64,000 nt of DNA from Macrostomum lignano (GCA_002269645.1 NIVC01003725.1:1-64000), one strand, 5' to 3'; positions 13,148 to 24,839 are shown, counted from the first letter of the stretch. Notes: generated by a model from the letters alone, not told the origin. Numbers and translations are program-made.

Positions 13148-13540
13148 CCGGCCGTCGATGCGGCCCCTAGAGCCGCGGACCCAGCCGGGCTACCTGGACC
13201 ATCCCGTGGCGCCCGGCCTGCGCGACTGGGCGGCCCTCCAGGCGGCCATCAAGTCGGCCGCGCCGCACGCCTACGCCACCGCCTCCTGCAGGCCGCGCCT
13301 GCCCGCCTCCGGCGCCCCCTCCTCGATTGTCGCCCTGGCTGTGCGCGCCCTGGCCAGCGCGCTGTCCGGCGGTGGCTCCGAGGCCGATCCGGTGAACATC
13401 GGCGCCCTGCTGCTGGCGGCGCCGGCTCTGCCCAGATTAGTCCGGCTGCCGCGCGCCCAAGCGATGGGCCTGCGCGAGATTGACAGGCGCCTGGCAGAGG
13501 CGGCGTCTGCCAACAGCGACTCCGGCCCGCTAGCGGCTGT
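13148..13540 (+). CDS. PDHX: PDHX inner-core domain, N-terminal part (different frame from the upstream segment); 5' boundary unresolved
   Basis: IKSAAPHAYATASC resembles the E3BP PHAYATA motif. Donor CTGT|GTGAGT, phase 2. Confidence 0.8.
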
Positions 13541-13629
13541 GTGAGTTGGCATGCGCTCTCCGAGCTGTTTATCGCATGAGTCATGACAGATGCTTTTATT
13601 ACAGTTAGACTCGGGCCAAAAGGCATTAA

Positions 13630-14200
13630 ACTCAGCAACTCCCTTTTTGAGCCACTGAATCTCAGCAATTCCCCCTGGAGCCACTGAATCTCATCAACTC
13701 CCCATTTGAGCCACTGATTCTCAGCAACTCCCCATTTGAGCCACTGAATCTCAGCAATTCCCCCTTGAGCCACTGAATCTCAGCAATTCCCCCTGGAGCC
13801 ACTGAATCTCATCAACTCCCCCTTGAGCCACTGAATCTCAGCAACTCCCCCTTGAGCCACTGAATCTCAGCAATTCCCCTTTGAGCCACTGAATCTCATC
13901 AACTCCCCCTTGAGCCACTGAATCTCAGCAATTCCCCCTTTGAGCCACTGAATCTCAGCAATTCCCCCTTTGAGCCACTGAATCTCAGCAATTCCCCCTT
14001 TGAGCCACTGAATCTCAGCAACTCCCCCTTGAGCCACTGAATCTCAGCAACTCCCCCTTGAGCCACTGAATCTCAGCAATTCCCCCTTTGAGCCACTGAA
14101 TCTCAGCAATTCCCCTTGAGCCACTGAATCTCAGCAATTCCCCCTGGAGCCACTGAATCTCAGCAATTCCCCCTTGAGCCACTGAATCTCAGCAATTCCC
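13630..14200. repeat. 28-29-bp minisatellite GAGCCACTGAATCTCAGCAATTCCCCTTT in a PDHX intron
   Basis: Tandem periodicity. Confidence 0.95.
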
Positions 14201-14327
14201 ATACATTGACTAGATTCATTGTTAAAGATTTTTTCTTCATTAACCGTTTAAAAAATTAGTTTACTGTTTTTGCAAACTACTGTTAGTAGGTTTAATGAAA
14301 AATCGAACGCGTTTCATAAAAATTCAG

Positions 14328-14658
14328 AGTGTGCGACCTCTCCGACCAGCCGGCCGTTCAGTTCGCCCACTTTGTGCTGCATCCGGAGGCCCCCCTGCTG
14401 CTGACTGTCGGCACTCCGTCAGCGAGCGTCAGCAGCGACAGTCCGGAGCCGCCGCTGGTCCGCCTTGGTCTGACCGTCGATTCCAGACGATTCGACCACG
14501 CCGAAGCCGCCGCCCTGTTGGGCTCCGTGACTGTCGGCATGGAGAATCCCCTGCTGGGACTGTCTGGGCCCGTGTCGGCCTCCCCGGCGGCTGCAGCGGC
14601 TGCACCGACACCGCCAATAGTGGGCTCGGATCTGCTGCAGCTGGGACTGGATGATTAA
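14328..14658 (+). CDS. PDHX: PDHX terminal exon
   Basis: Acceptor AATTCAG| matches phase 2. LTVDSRRFDH..MENP has DSR (14479-14487) where the E2 acetyltransferase has catalytic DHR, which is diagnostic of E3BP. Confidence 0.85.
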
Positions 14659-15210
14659 CTTGAGCCTTAGTTAGTAGAAACACTAGTTAGGTCGTTTGTT
14701 AAATTTTATTTGCAAAATGCAATCAGTCTACTTTATTTTGGGCATATGAGTGCGCATGAATTTCTAATTTTTTATGCCACGACAGAATTTTTGATTTGGA
14801 TGAAAAAAGGCAATTCGGTTGCTTGCTAGTAAAGTGATAATGTAAATTGGCTAGCGTCACTCAATGTACATGGCTGAGGAAGGCAATAAAATGGGGGTAG
14901 AGGGGTTCACTATTGGAAGACGCGGTCGTGTTGGATGGGTTAAAAGGCGGATAAATGCGCTAATAGAGTCGCACAAGGAGAAAGGCCAATATATTTCACA
15001 GATGCTTAGTAGATAGAGTAACTAAATGTCATCCGCAATTACAGTTGTGAAAATTAGAGCGTCTGCTCTTTTTTTAGACGCAGTATCGCTCTTAAAGTTA
15101 TTGTGGTAGCTAAAATTTCCTTTCCTCTCTTCCGGGTTTTTGGCCTCAAGAGCATACTGGATTAAGAATGAACAACAAGCATGTAACTCGATGTACACAA
15201 GCGATCGAAA

Positions 15211-15562
15211 CTCAGCCAATGAGAGAGCAGTAAGGAGAGAGTTCAAATTCAGACGGACGAAACCCAGCCTAGGGCAGGCCCAATCTAGCTCAGCCAATGA
15301 GAGAGCAGTAAGGAAAGAGGTCAAAGTCAGACGGACGAAACCCAGCCAGGGGCAGGCCCAATCTAGCTCAGCCAATGAGAGAGCAGTAAGGAAAGAGGTC
15401 AAAGTCAGACGGACGAAACCCAGCCAGGGGCAGGCCCAATCTAGCTCAGCCAATGAGAGAGCAGTAAGGAAAGAGGTCAAAGTCAGACGGACGAAACCCA
15501 GCCAGGGGCAGGCCCAATCTAGCTCAGCCAATGAGAGAGCAGTAAGGAAAGAGGTCAAAGTC
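15211..15562. repeat. 78-bp tandem repeat (about 4.5 copies), each with AGCCAATGAG
   Basis: Tandem periodicity. Accounts for ORFs 15022-15594 and 15140-15679. Confidence 0.95.
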
Positions 15563-17464
15563 AGGCGCAAGCCGGCAAGAGGAAAGCCAAACATTATCGG
15601 CCTGGCTGGGGCGCTACCACTTTTCTCGATTGCTCGCTATGCACGCACTGGATTAGGTTTTTTTCAAGTTCTTCTGTAATCTTCAGTCTTGAGTCGGCAA
15701 AACAGGATGAATATCCCAGTTTAACGTGTCTGATTGTAGAAAGCCAGTGGCGACTGTTGCAGCTTCAAAAAACATATATATATATATATATATATTGTAA
15801 ATGATCGCACTTTTGCGAGTGATATATCCTGTTATTTTAGTATCTGTGGGCCCATCAGTGTTTTAAATGTATTTCTGAGACCTGGGCCAAAGATGTTCTT
15901 CATCCCAGCGGGTTTGGGTCTCTGTGGTTATTATTAGCCCTTCACTTTATTAAATTACAGTGTTTCATTTAGTTGATGGACCCTCGAACTGTCCTACTAC
16001 TCGTAGCAGTAGTGCAGTTAGAATCATATTTACTTATTGGACGTTTCACTACGAGCTATGCACCAAAATATTTCTATAGAGAAGAAGTTCTGTAATATAT
16101 TTAGTATTAGCAATATTGTCTCACTCTTGTCTGTCAGAATTGTTCTTTGCTGCTTATAACTAAATAAATAGATTGGAATTTGAAATTTATAATTGCGCGT
16201 CGCTGCCTTGCCTCGCCTCTTAGGAAAATGAATCCTAAATAGTGCAGCTTTCTGGGTGTATTTTTTGATTAATTTCAAGGTTTCACTGTCTCTTTAAGAA
16301 GCTTTTTGCGTCTCTGATGCAGTTCTTCTCTCTTACTCAGCCTCTGACGCAGCCGGCTGTGCCCTGCCAGCTGCTGCCAGGTGGCCGGGCCAAATAAGTT
16401 AATTTCCTCCCCGGTGCGCCTGCGACTCCCCTTTCGTTGTGTGACGGGTCCCTTCTTCCCGAACCCTAGTTCCCGGCTGATGAGTAAGTCAGGGAGCTCT
16501 GGAGCAGCCTATTTGGATTGGAAACCGAAAAATCCGCATAAATAAGCCTGGCGCTCCAACGGCCCAGGCTCGATTCCAAGTGCAGTCGTTGATTTGGGGC
16601 TAAATTGGAATCTCGGCCTCGGGCCTGGGTCTGCTCGTGCAATTAACGGCCTTGAGGGCCAACCCCCAAGGCACAGTGAAGTGTACCTGTGCTACATGCT
16701 AAGTTATGGCCGCTGTACACTCCTGTGTGTGCCTATGCGTATGACTGCGTACGTATCCGCGCGCTTGTGTGCCTGCTCAGGGGAGTCGGCGGAACGGGCA
16801 GTAATGCCTCTCGCTGTTCGTGTGATAATGTCGCTTAAAGTGCGCCAGGGTGCACGCAGCCCCTGCCTCTAATAAAAATAAATATCTGCTTTCAAAGAAA
16901 GCGCAAACAAAATTCTTGCAAATCCAATCACGCATGCTTTGAGACCGGCTATAATTTGAGCGCTAATCAATTGACTGCAGTCAATTTCCTATCCTGATGC
17001 TGCATGTAGAACTCCTTGTGTAAGTGCAAGCCGGCAAGCACAGCCGTGTGTTGACTGCTGAAGATGCAAAACAATTTTCTTCTCTGCAATCAGCTGAAAG
17101 TGGACTGGACAAGCGAAGTAATCTGGCTGTCATCTGAGGGGAATTCAAAGTAAGACATAATCCCGTTCCCTAATCCGGATCCAACTATTCCCATTGACGA
17201 CGCTAAACTGGATATAAAAAGAAGCATTTGGTTGGGCTTTATGTTCCAAGCTTCCGCGGCTGTGGATTTGGTAATTGGAGAAATCCGATAAGTTGCAGTT
17301 TGAAGTTTACAGGACCCAGTCGACTTTCCTACTCTAATTGTTTCACTTAAAAATCCGGTTCCATCTCTTGCGATTCTCATTTTTGTGCGCTATGCTATGG
17401 TAGGATCAGATTCGCTATTGTCTGGGATCGAGAGAAGGGATCGGGAGGGATCGGGATTCGAATT

Positions 17465-19232
17465 TCTGGAGCGGATCGGGAGTGACTCGCTGGAGTGGAT
17501 CGGGAGTGACTCTGGAGTGGATCGGGAGTGACTCCCTGGAGTGGATCGGGAGTGACTCTGGAGTGGATCGGGAGTGACTCTGGAGTGGATCGGGAGTGAC
17601 TCTGGAGTGGATCGGGAGTGACTCTGGAGTGGATCGGGAGTGACTCTGGAGTGGATCGGGAATGACTCTGGAGTGGATCGGGAGTGACTCTGGAGTGGAT
17701 CGGGAGTGACTCTGGAGTGGATCGGGAGTGACTCTGGAGTGGATCGGGAGTGACTCCCTGGAGTGGATCGGGAGTGACTCTGGAGTGGATCGGGAGTGAC
17801 TCTGGAGTGGATCGGGAGTGACTCTGGAGTGGATCGGGAGTGACTCTGGAGTGGATCGGGAGTGACTCTGGAGTGGATCGGGAATGACTCTGGAGTGGAT
17901 CGGGAGTGACTCTGGAGTGGATCGGGAGTGACTCTGGAGTGGATCGGGAGTGACTCTGGAGTGGATCGGGAGTGACTCGCTGGAGTGGATCGGGAGTGAC
18001 TCTGGAGTGGATCGGGAGTGACTCTGGAGTGGATCGGGAGTGACTCTGGAGTGGATCGGGAGTGACTCGCTGGAGTGGATCGGGAGTGACTCTGGAGTGG
18101 ATCGGGAGTGACTCTGGAGTGGATCGGGAGTGACTCGCTGGAGTGGATCGGGAGTGACTCTGGAGTGGATCGGGAGTGACTCGCTGGAGTGGATCGGGAG
18201 TGACTCTGGAGTGGATCGGGAGTGACTCTGGAGTGGATCGGGAGTGACTCGCTGGAGTGGATCGGGAGTGACTCGCTGGAGTGGATCGGCAGTGACTAGC
18301 TGGAGTGGATCGGGAGTGACTCCCTGGAGTGGATCGGGAGTGACTCTGGAGTGGATCGGGAGTGACTCTGGAGTGGATCGGGAGTGACTCTGGAGTGGAT
18401 CGGGAGTGACTCGCTGGAGTGGATCGGGAGTGACTCTGGAGTGGATCGGGAGTGACTCTGGAGTGGATCGGGAGTGACTCGCTGGAGTGGATCGGGAGTG
18501 ACTCTGGAGTGGATCGGGAGTGACTTTCTGGAGTGGATCGGGAGTGATTTATGGGGCGGATCGGGAGTGACTCTGGAGTGGATCGGGAGTGACTCTGGAG
18601 TGGATCGGGAGTGACTCTGGAGTGGATCGGGAATGACTCTGGAGTGGATCGGGAGTGACTCTGGAGTGGATCGGGAGTGACTCTGGAGTGGATCGGGAGT
18701 GACTCTGGAGTGGATCGGGAGTGACTCGCTGGAGTGGATCGGGAGTGACTCTGGAGTGGATCGGGAGTGACTCTGGAGTGGATCGGGAGTGACTCGCTGG
18801 AGTGGATCGGCAGTGACTAGCTGGAGTGGATCGGGAGTGACTCTGGAGTGGATCGGGAGTGACTAGCTGGAGTGGATCGGGAGTGACTCTGGAGTGGATC
18901 GGGAGTGACTCGCTGGAGTGGATCGGGAGTGACTCTGGAGTGGATCGGGAGTGACTCTGGAGTGGATCGGGAGTGACTCTGGAGTGGATCGGGAGTGACT
19001 CGCTGGAGTGGATCGGGAGTGACTCTGGAGTGGATCGGGAGTGACTTTCTGGAGTGGATCGGGAGTGATTTATGGGGCGGATCGGGAGTGACTCTCTGGA
19101 GCGGATCGGGAGTGATTTTATGGGGCGGATCGGGAGTGACTCTCTGGAGCGGTTCGGGAGTGACTCTCTGGAGCGGATCGGGAGTGACTCTCTGGAGCGG
19201 ATCGGGAGTGACTCTCTGGAGCGGATCGGGAG
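17465..19232. repeat. 22/24-bp minisatellite CTGGAGTGGATCGGGAGTGACT(CG)
   Basis: Tandem periodicity over about 1.8 kb. Confidence 0.95.
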
Positions 19233-20346
19233 TTTCTTTGCGTCGAACTAAAATTGCAACAAGCAAAATTGTTTTTGCTATTTTGGACGCCTTGGCCTAT
19301 AGAGTGCCCATTTGTTCAGGTGAAGCCTGAGACCCCTGGACAGACCAAGGACGACAACTTTTGTGCTCAGATTTTCTTTGAGAAGAGCAACCTGCCTGTT
19401 AGATTGCCCCCAGATCTTTTACTCGAGCACTTTTCCAAAACTACATGGCGTCAGTACACAGAGCCTATTTTTAAATCCGGAAGCTGCTTTGCGCTGCGGA
19501 ACCGCCCCTAGCTATTCCCCATCAAGACTCTCCTGCTGTCGCGCCGCTAATTGCGCTTCCCTAATTGGCGATTCGATCAAAGCCAAAAGCGCACAGTTTG
19601 GCCACTTTCTCCCTGTCGGACCGGCGGTGCACTGCGCAGGAAATATCAGGTGGGCCATTCTGCTTCCGCGAAACTACAGTAATAGTTTATAGTTGTTTTG
19701 TTGTTGAGCACAGTTTCCTCTGATCATTCAGTTAGTTCCTTCAGGTCATTCCTTGATTATGTGCCTTTGATCATTAATTATGGTTTACCCCCGATTCGCC
19801 GATTTATGTCAGTTTTCAGGGCCACTCTGCTGTGCAGCAGCCGAATTTATTCAGTCTCATTCCATGTCAGCCACTCCCATCGAATCTGCTCGGCTATTTT
19901 TGCCCACCTACGCGCAGTTGAAACTCGCGAATGGCCGGCCGGCCTCTCCAGCCACGCCCCAATTGTCTGGCTGTTGGCGCGGACAAGCTTCTGTACTCAG
20001 CTGCAGGTTGTGTATCCTAACAGATTGAATTCCGTTAGGAACAAAATGGCTACTGGTCAGAACTAATCAATCTGGTTTTGAGACTCTGCATCGTTCGATC
20101 CCATCTGAAGCGCAGACCTCAGCCTCTCCTAATGCATTTCGTACTTGCTCCAACATCCAGCCTACATGCAAGTCTCAATCAGTTCGCGATCACTTTTACA
20201 TCTCTGATGTAAATGATCTGGGGCTTCATATTAATAAAGGGAAGGCCTGTGCCTCAGTCATGCATATCATTGCAGATGCGCTGAGAAATATGATGCACTT
20301 CTTCTACACAAACTACTTTGGCTAAAAACATACTCGCGTGACGCAA

Positions 20347-21453
20347 AGGCTCCTGACGTGTGTTTACTTCGCATCCTAAAGACTATTAGCTATCATGAAG
20401 GCTCCTGACGTGTGTTTACTTCGCATCCTAAAGACTATTAGCTATCATGAAGGCTCCTGACGTGTGTTTACTTCGCATCCTAAAGACTATTAGCTATCAT
20501 GAAGGCTCCTGACGTGTGTTTACTTCGCATCCTAAAGACTATTAGCTATCATGAAGGCTCCTGACGTGTGTTTACTTCGTATCCTAAAGACTATTAGCTA
20601 TCATGAAGGCTCCTGACGTGTGTTTACTTCGCATCCTAAAGACTATTAGCTATCATGAAGGCTCCTGACGTGTGTTTACTTCGCATCCTAAAGACTATTA
20701 GCTATCATGAAGGCTCCTGACGTGTGTTTACTTCGCATCCTAAAGACTATTAGCTATCATGAAGGCTCCTGACGTGTGTTTACTTCGCATCCTAAAGACT
20801 ATTAGCTATCATGAAGGCTCCTGACGTGTGTTTACTTCGCATCCTAAAGACTATTAGCTATCATGAAGGCTCCTGACGTGTGTTTACTTCGCATCCTAAA
20901 GACTATTAGCTATCATGAAGGCTCCTGACGTGTGTTTACTTCGCATCCTAAAGACTATTAGCTATCATGAAGGCTCCTGACGTGTGTTTACTTCGCATCC
21001 TAAAGACTATTAGCTATCATGAAGGCTCCTAACGTGTGTTTACTTCGCATCCTAAAGACTATTAGCTATCATGAAGGCTCCTGACGTGTGTTTACTTCGC
21101 ATCCTAAAGACTATTAGCTATCATGAAGGCTCCTGACGTGTGTTTACTTCGCATCCTAAAGACTATTAGCTATCATGAAGGCTCCTGACGTGTGTTTACT
21201 TCGCATCCTAAAGACTATTAGCTATCATGAAGGCTCCTGACGTGTGTTTACTTCGCATCCTAAAGACTATTAGCTATCATGAAGGCTCCTGACGTGTGTT
21301 TACTTCGCATCCTAAAGACTATTAGCTATCATGAAGGCTCCTGACGTGTGTTTACTTCGCATCCTAAAGACTATTAGCTATCATGAAGGCTCCTGACGTG
21401 TGTTTACTTCGCATCCTAAAGACTATTAGCTATCATGAAGGCTCCTGACGTGT
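20347..21453. repeat. Near-perfect 52-bp tandem repeat (about 21 copies)
   Basis: Unit GAAGGCTCCTGACGTGTGTTTACTTCGCATCCTAAAGACTATTAGCTATCAT. No spacers. Confidence 0.97.
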
Positions 21454-21771
21454 CTTAGTGGCTTATGGCGAGTCAGATATTTTTGAAAGCGGATTCGAGC
21501 TTTTCAACTTGGGGATCAGTTCGTTTTAATATTTCTGTATTTTTCTTCAAAATTAATCAGACAGTTAAAAGTGCAAACAAAAGAGAGGATTAAGGTGAAA
21601 AAAATTCTAAGCCAAAAGCGGTTTCTTTGGAGCAGACAAACAGAGCACACAACAGGAAATAGTTATGACAGGGGCAAGGATTTTGTTGATTTCAATGTAA
21701 AAAAATCTGAAACCTCACGAATACGAGCATGCGAGTTTCTTGTCGGGCTAACAGACGGACTCAGCTTAAAC

Positions 21772-22429
21772 CAGGGGTTGGCAACTTTCTTACCACAATG
21801 GCCAGATAGAGAATGCAGCTCATGGCTGCGGGCCAGATGAGAATGGAAAGGAGAGGGAATAAAGATAAGAGAAGAGAGGGGAGAGGAGAGAGGGGAGAGA
21901 AGAGAGCGGAGAGAGGAGAAAGGGAAGAGAATGGTAAAAAAGAGGAGAGAAGAGGAGAGAGAGGCGAGAGTGGAGAGGAGAGAGGAGAGAGAGGGGGGGA
22001 GAGTGAAGAGGGGAGAGAGGAGAAGAGAAGAGAAGAGGAGAAAGGGAGAGCGATGAGAGAAGAGAACAGAGGAGAGAAGATAAGAGAAGAGAAGGGAGAG
22101 AGAGGGGAAGGTGGAGAGGAGAGAGGAGAGAGGCGAGAGTGGAGAGGAGAGAGGAGAGAGAGAGGGGGCGGAGAGTGAAGAGGGGAGAGAGAGGAAAAGA
22201 GAAGAGAAGAGGAGAGAGGGAGAGAGATGAGAGAAGAGAACAGAGGAGAGAAGAGGAGAAAAGAGGAGAGAAGAGGAGAGAGCGGAGAGAGCAGAGAGAG
22301 AGGAGAGAGAGGAGAGAGGAGAGCGGAGAGGAGAGAAGAGGAGAGAAGAGAAGAGAAGGGAGAGAGAGGAGAGGGTAGAGAGGCTTTGAGGGCCGCATGT
22401 GGCCCTCGGGCCAGAGTTCGCCGACCCCA
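21772..22429. mobile_element. hAT (Charlie-like) MITE with an internal GA-rich expansion (21835-22380)
   Basis: Left end CAGGGGTTGGCAACT. Right end GGGCCGCATGTGGCCCTCGGGCCAGAGTTCGCCGACCCC. Flanks GCTTAAAC / TATTAAAC match 6 of 8. Confidence 0.65.
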
Positions 22430-22900
22430 TATTAAACAAACATCAATGATAGAAGTTCATTACTTGAACTCATTTCTGCAAATAGATTCCACCTTCAGCA
22501 AAATCTTAACGAAGTGACAAAAATGAACAATAAAAGCAATTTATGCGATAAAAAGGGCTTTCACTTTTCAGAACTCATTTCCAAGAACTCATCAAAGGAA
22601 ATTTAGACTCGCAGTTTCTCCAAGTCACGATCAAATTATCAGAGAACATACGATTGCATTAAAAAGCGGTATGCTATACTTGAATCCAGGCAGAACACGA
22701 ATAGTTATGTAGTGATATTCATTTCTAATCTCTATGCCTGACAACTAGCCGCAACACCAGGACTGGACAGTTGAATTCCCACGGCTTTATTCCCGGGTAT
22801 TCCCGGATAGTCACTGACTGTGCGCCTCACTAACTCAAAATTTTCAAGAAGCTCTCAGCTTGACAGTTTCGAGTTTGTGAAGCTTTGAGCAACTGAAACA

Positions 22901-23283
22901 CCCAGATCACAGGCCAATCAGGCGCAGTTTCACCCAGATCACAGGCCAATCAGGCGCAGTTTCACCCAGATCACAGGCCAATCAGGCGCAGTTTCACCCA
23001 GATCACAGGCCAATCAGGCGCAGTTTCACCCAGATCACAGGCCAATCAGGCGCAGTTTCACCCAGATCACAGGCCAATCAGGCGCAGTTTCACCCAGATC
23101 ACAGGCCAATCAGGCGCAGTTTCACCCATATCACAGGCCAATCAGGCGCAGTTTCACCCAGATCACAGGCCAATCAGGCGCAGTTTCACCCATATCACAG
23201 GCCAATCAGGCGCAGTTTCACCCAGATCACAGGCCAATCAGGCGCAGTTTCACCCAGATCACAGGCCAATCAGGCGCAGTTTC
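22901..23283. repeat. 32-bp tandem repeat CCCAGATCACAGGCCAATCAGGCGCAGTTTCA (12 copies)
   Basis: Tandem periodicity. Lies at the 3' end of the GPCR gene. Confidence 0.97.
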
Positions 23284-23391
23284 CCAGCGAGAACTCTGGC
23301 CGACTCCGTGTCCGAGGACCGGCTGCCGATGTACCCGCCGGCGGCAACAGCGGCCGCCACCGCCGCTGTGGTTCGTCCGTCCGGCGCGTCG

Positions 23392-24788
23392 TCAGGGATC
23401 ACGAGCGGAACTGCGCAGGCTCCCTCCGCCCTGCCGCCGCCACCTCCGCCGCCTCCGCCGCCGCCGCAAGCGTCTCCTCTGCCCCCGAGCTCCGCCGCCT
23501 GCTCCGACTCCAGCGCCGCCGCCTCTTCCTCGGCGCTGCTCGTCCTGCCGATTGCCGGACCGCCTGAATACCCGGCAGCACATGCGCGAGGCCAGGGCGC
23601 TCAGGTGGCGCCGAAAGCTCTTGTTGAGGCACCAGTAGCAAATAGGCGACACCGCGCTGTGCAGGTGGCCGAGAAACAGCGCCACGCTGTAGATGCTCTC
23701 CTCCAGCGGTCGCATGACCTCCGGCCGCCCGGCCACCAGCTGCAGCCCGCCCCGGAACGGCGGCCTCGGATCGCGGCGCTGGTGACCGTCGCCAGCAGAG
23801 GAGAAGTCGATCCAGACTCCGACGAGATTCACCGGCAGCCAGCAGATAACGAAGCAGGCGACAAGGAGCACCAGCGTCTGCACGGCGCGCTTCGTGGACT
23901 GGTGCGCGACGCTGGCCTGGTACTGAGAGGGCACGCTGCTGTGAGACTCGCTCGCCTGGATCTGGTCCGTGTAGGAGGACACGCACGGGTTTAAGCGGTC
24001 GTGGCTGTGGAAGCGGCTGAGCCCGCCTACGTTGCCGCCGCCAGGGCCCTCCGCACCCACGGGGCTGCTGGGACCGACGGCGTCGCTTCCACCGCCACCG
24101 CCAGTTGTCGGGCTGACCGGAGCGCTGCTGGAGAACTGCAAAGATTGACGATGACGCTGGTGCTGATGCTGGCTCAGGTTGAGCATGAGACACCTGTTTG
24201 GATGAAGCAGATTCGGACTCGGCGGCGCCGGATGCTGGGGCGTCGGTGGACGCTGCTGATGCCGCTGCAGCCGCCACAGCTGAAGCTCCTCACCGTCAGG
24301 CTGCTGTTCCGACTGGCTGAGCAGGCGGGCCAGCGCCGCGATGCTAGCGGTGATGAAGCAGTAGCAAGCTGAGATGACGGCGCAGGGCATGCAGAATACC
24401 AGCAGCAGCAGCAGCACGGAGTACAGCCGCCTCGCCCACGGGTTTTCACCCCAGTACTCGTCGCAGAATGTGACACAGATTTCGCCGCACTGCTGGTCTT
24501 CGGGCGCGTCGCTGGGACTGCCAGTAGCGTTGAGAGCCTCACCGCCGCCGCCGCGGTTGCGGCCCTGCATGAACTCCTGCATGCTCTGCACGCCGAAGGT
24601 CACGGTAGACCGGATGAAGATGTTCGGCGAGGCGAGAGCGGCAGCGCCGCCCCACACCAGCAGAAGCAGCAAGACGAGTCGCCGGCCCTGCCAGAGCCGC
24701 TGCTTCACCGGCTCCTGACGGCGGAAACTCCTGGCGCGTAGAATCGCCATGGCAACCAGGGAGAACACGTTTGAGATGATGGCCACGC
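23392..24788 (-). CDS. Class A neuropeptide-receptor-like GPCR, exon 3 (end of TM3 to the C-tail)
   Basis: Phase-1 acceptor ATTCCAG|GC. ECL2 CDEYW, TM5 VFCMP, TM6 CFVICWLP, TM7 SAVSPICY, helix 8 NKSFR. Resembles orexin/allatotropin/CCK-type receptors. Confidence 0.9.
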
Positions 24789-24839
24789 CTGGAATCGGTT
24801 GGGCCGGCCTGGGGCGGTGAGCTGAGGTCAACTAGGGTA

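Noticed and set aside
12518-14658. Calling this gene DLAT (E2 acetyltransferase)
   Set aside because: It has a single lipoyl domain, the PHAYATA motif and DSR instead of the catalytic DHR, all of which indicate PDHX/E3BP.
20347-21453. 52-bp, 49-bp (44210-45625) and 32-bp (22901-23283) arrays as CRISPR arrays
   Set aside because: Units are head-to-tail with no unique spacers, there are no cas genes, and the context is eukaryotic.
23308-24718. Plus-strand ORFs antisense to GPCR exon 3, and similar antisense ORFs over MLX, PDHX, the FNDC-like gene and the Cys-rich gene
   Set aside because: Shadow ORFs caused by GC-rich codon usage on the coding strand.
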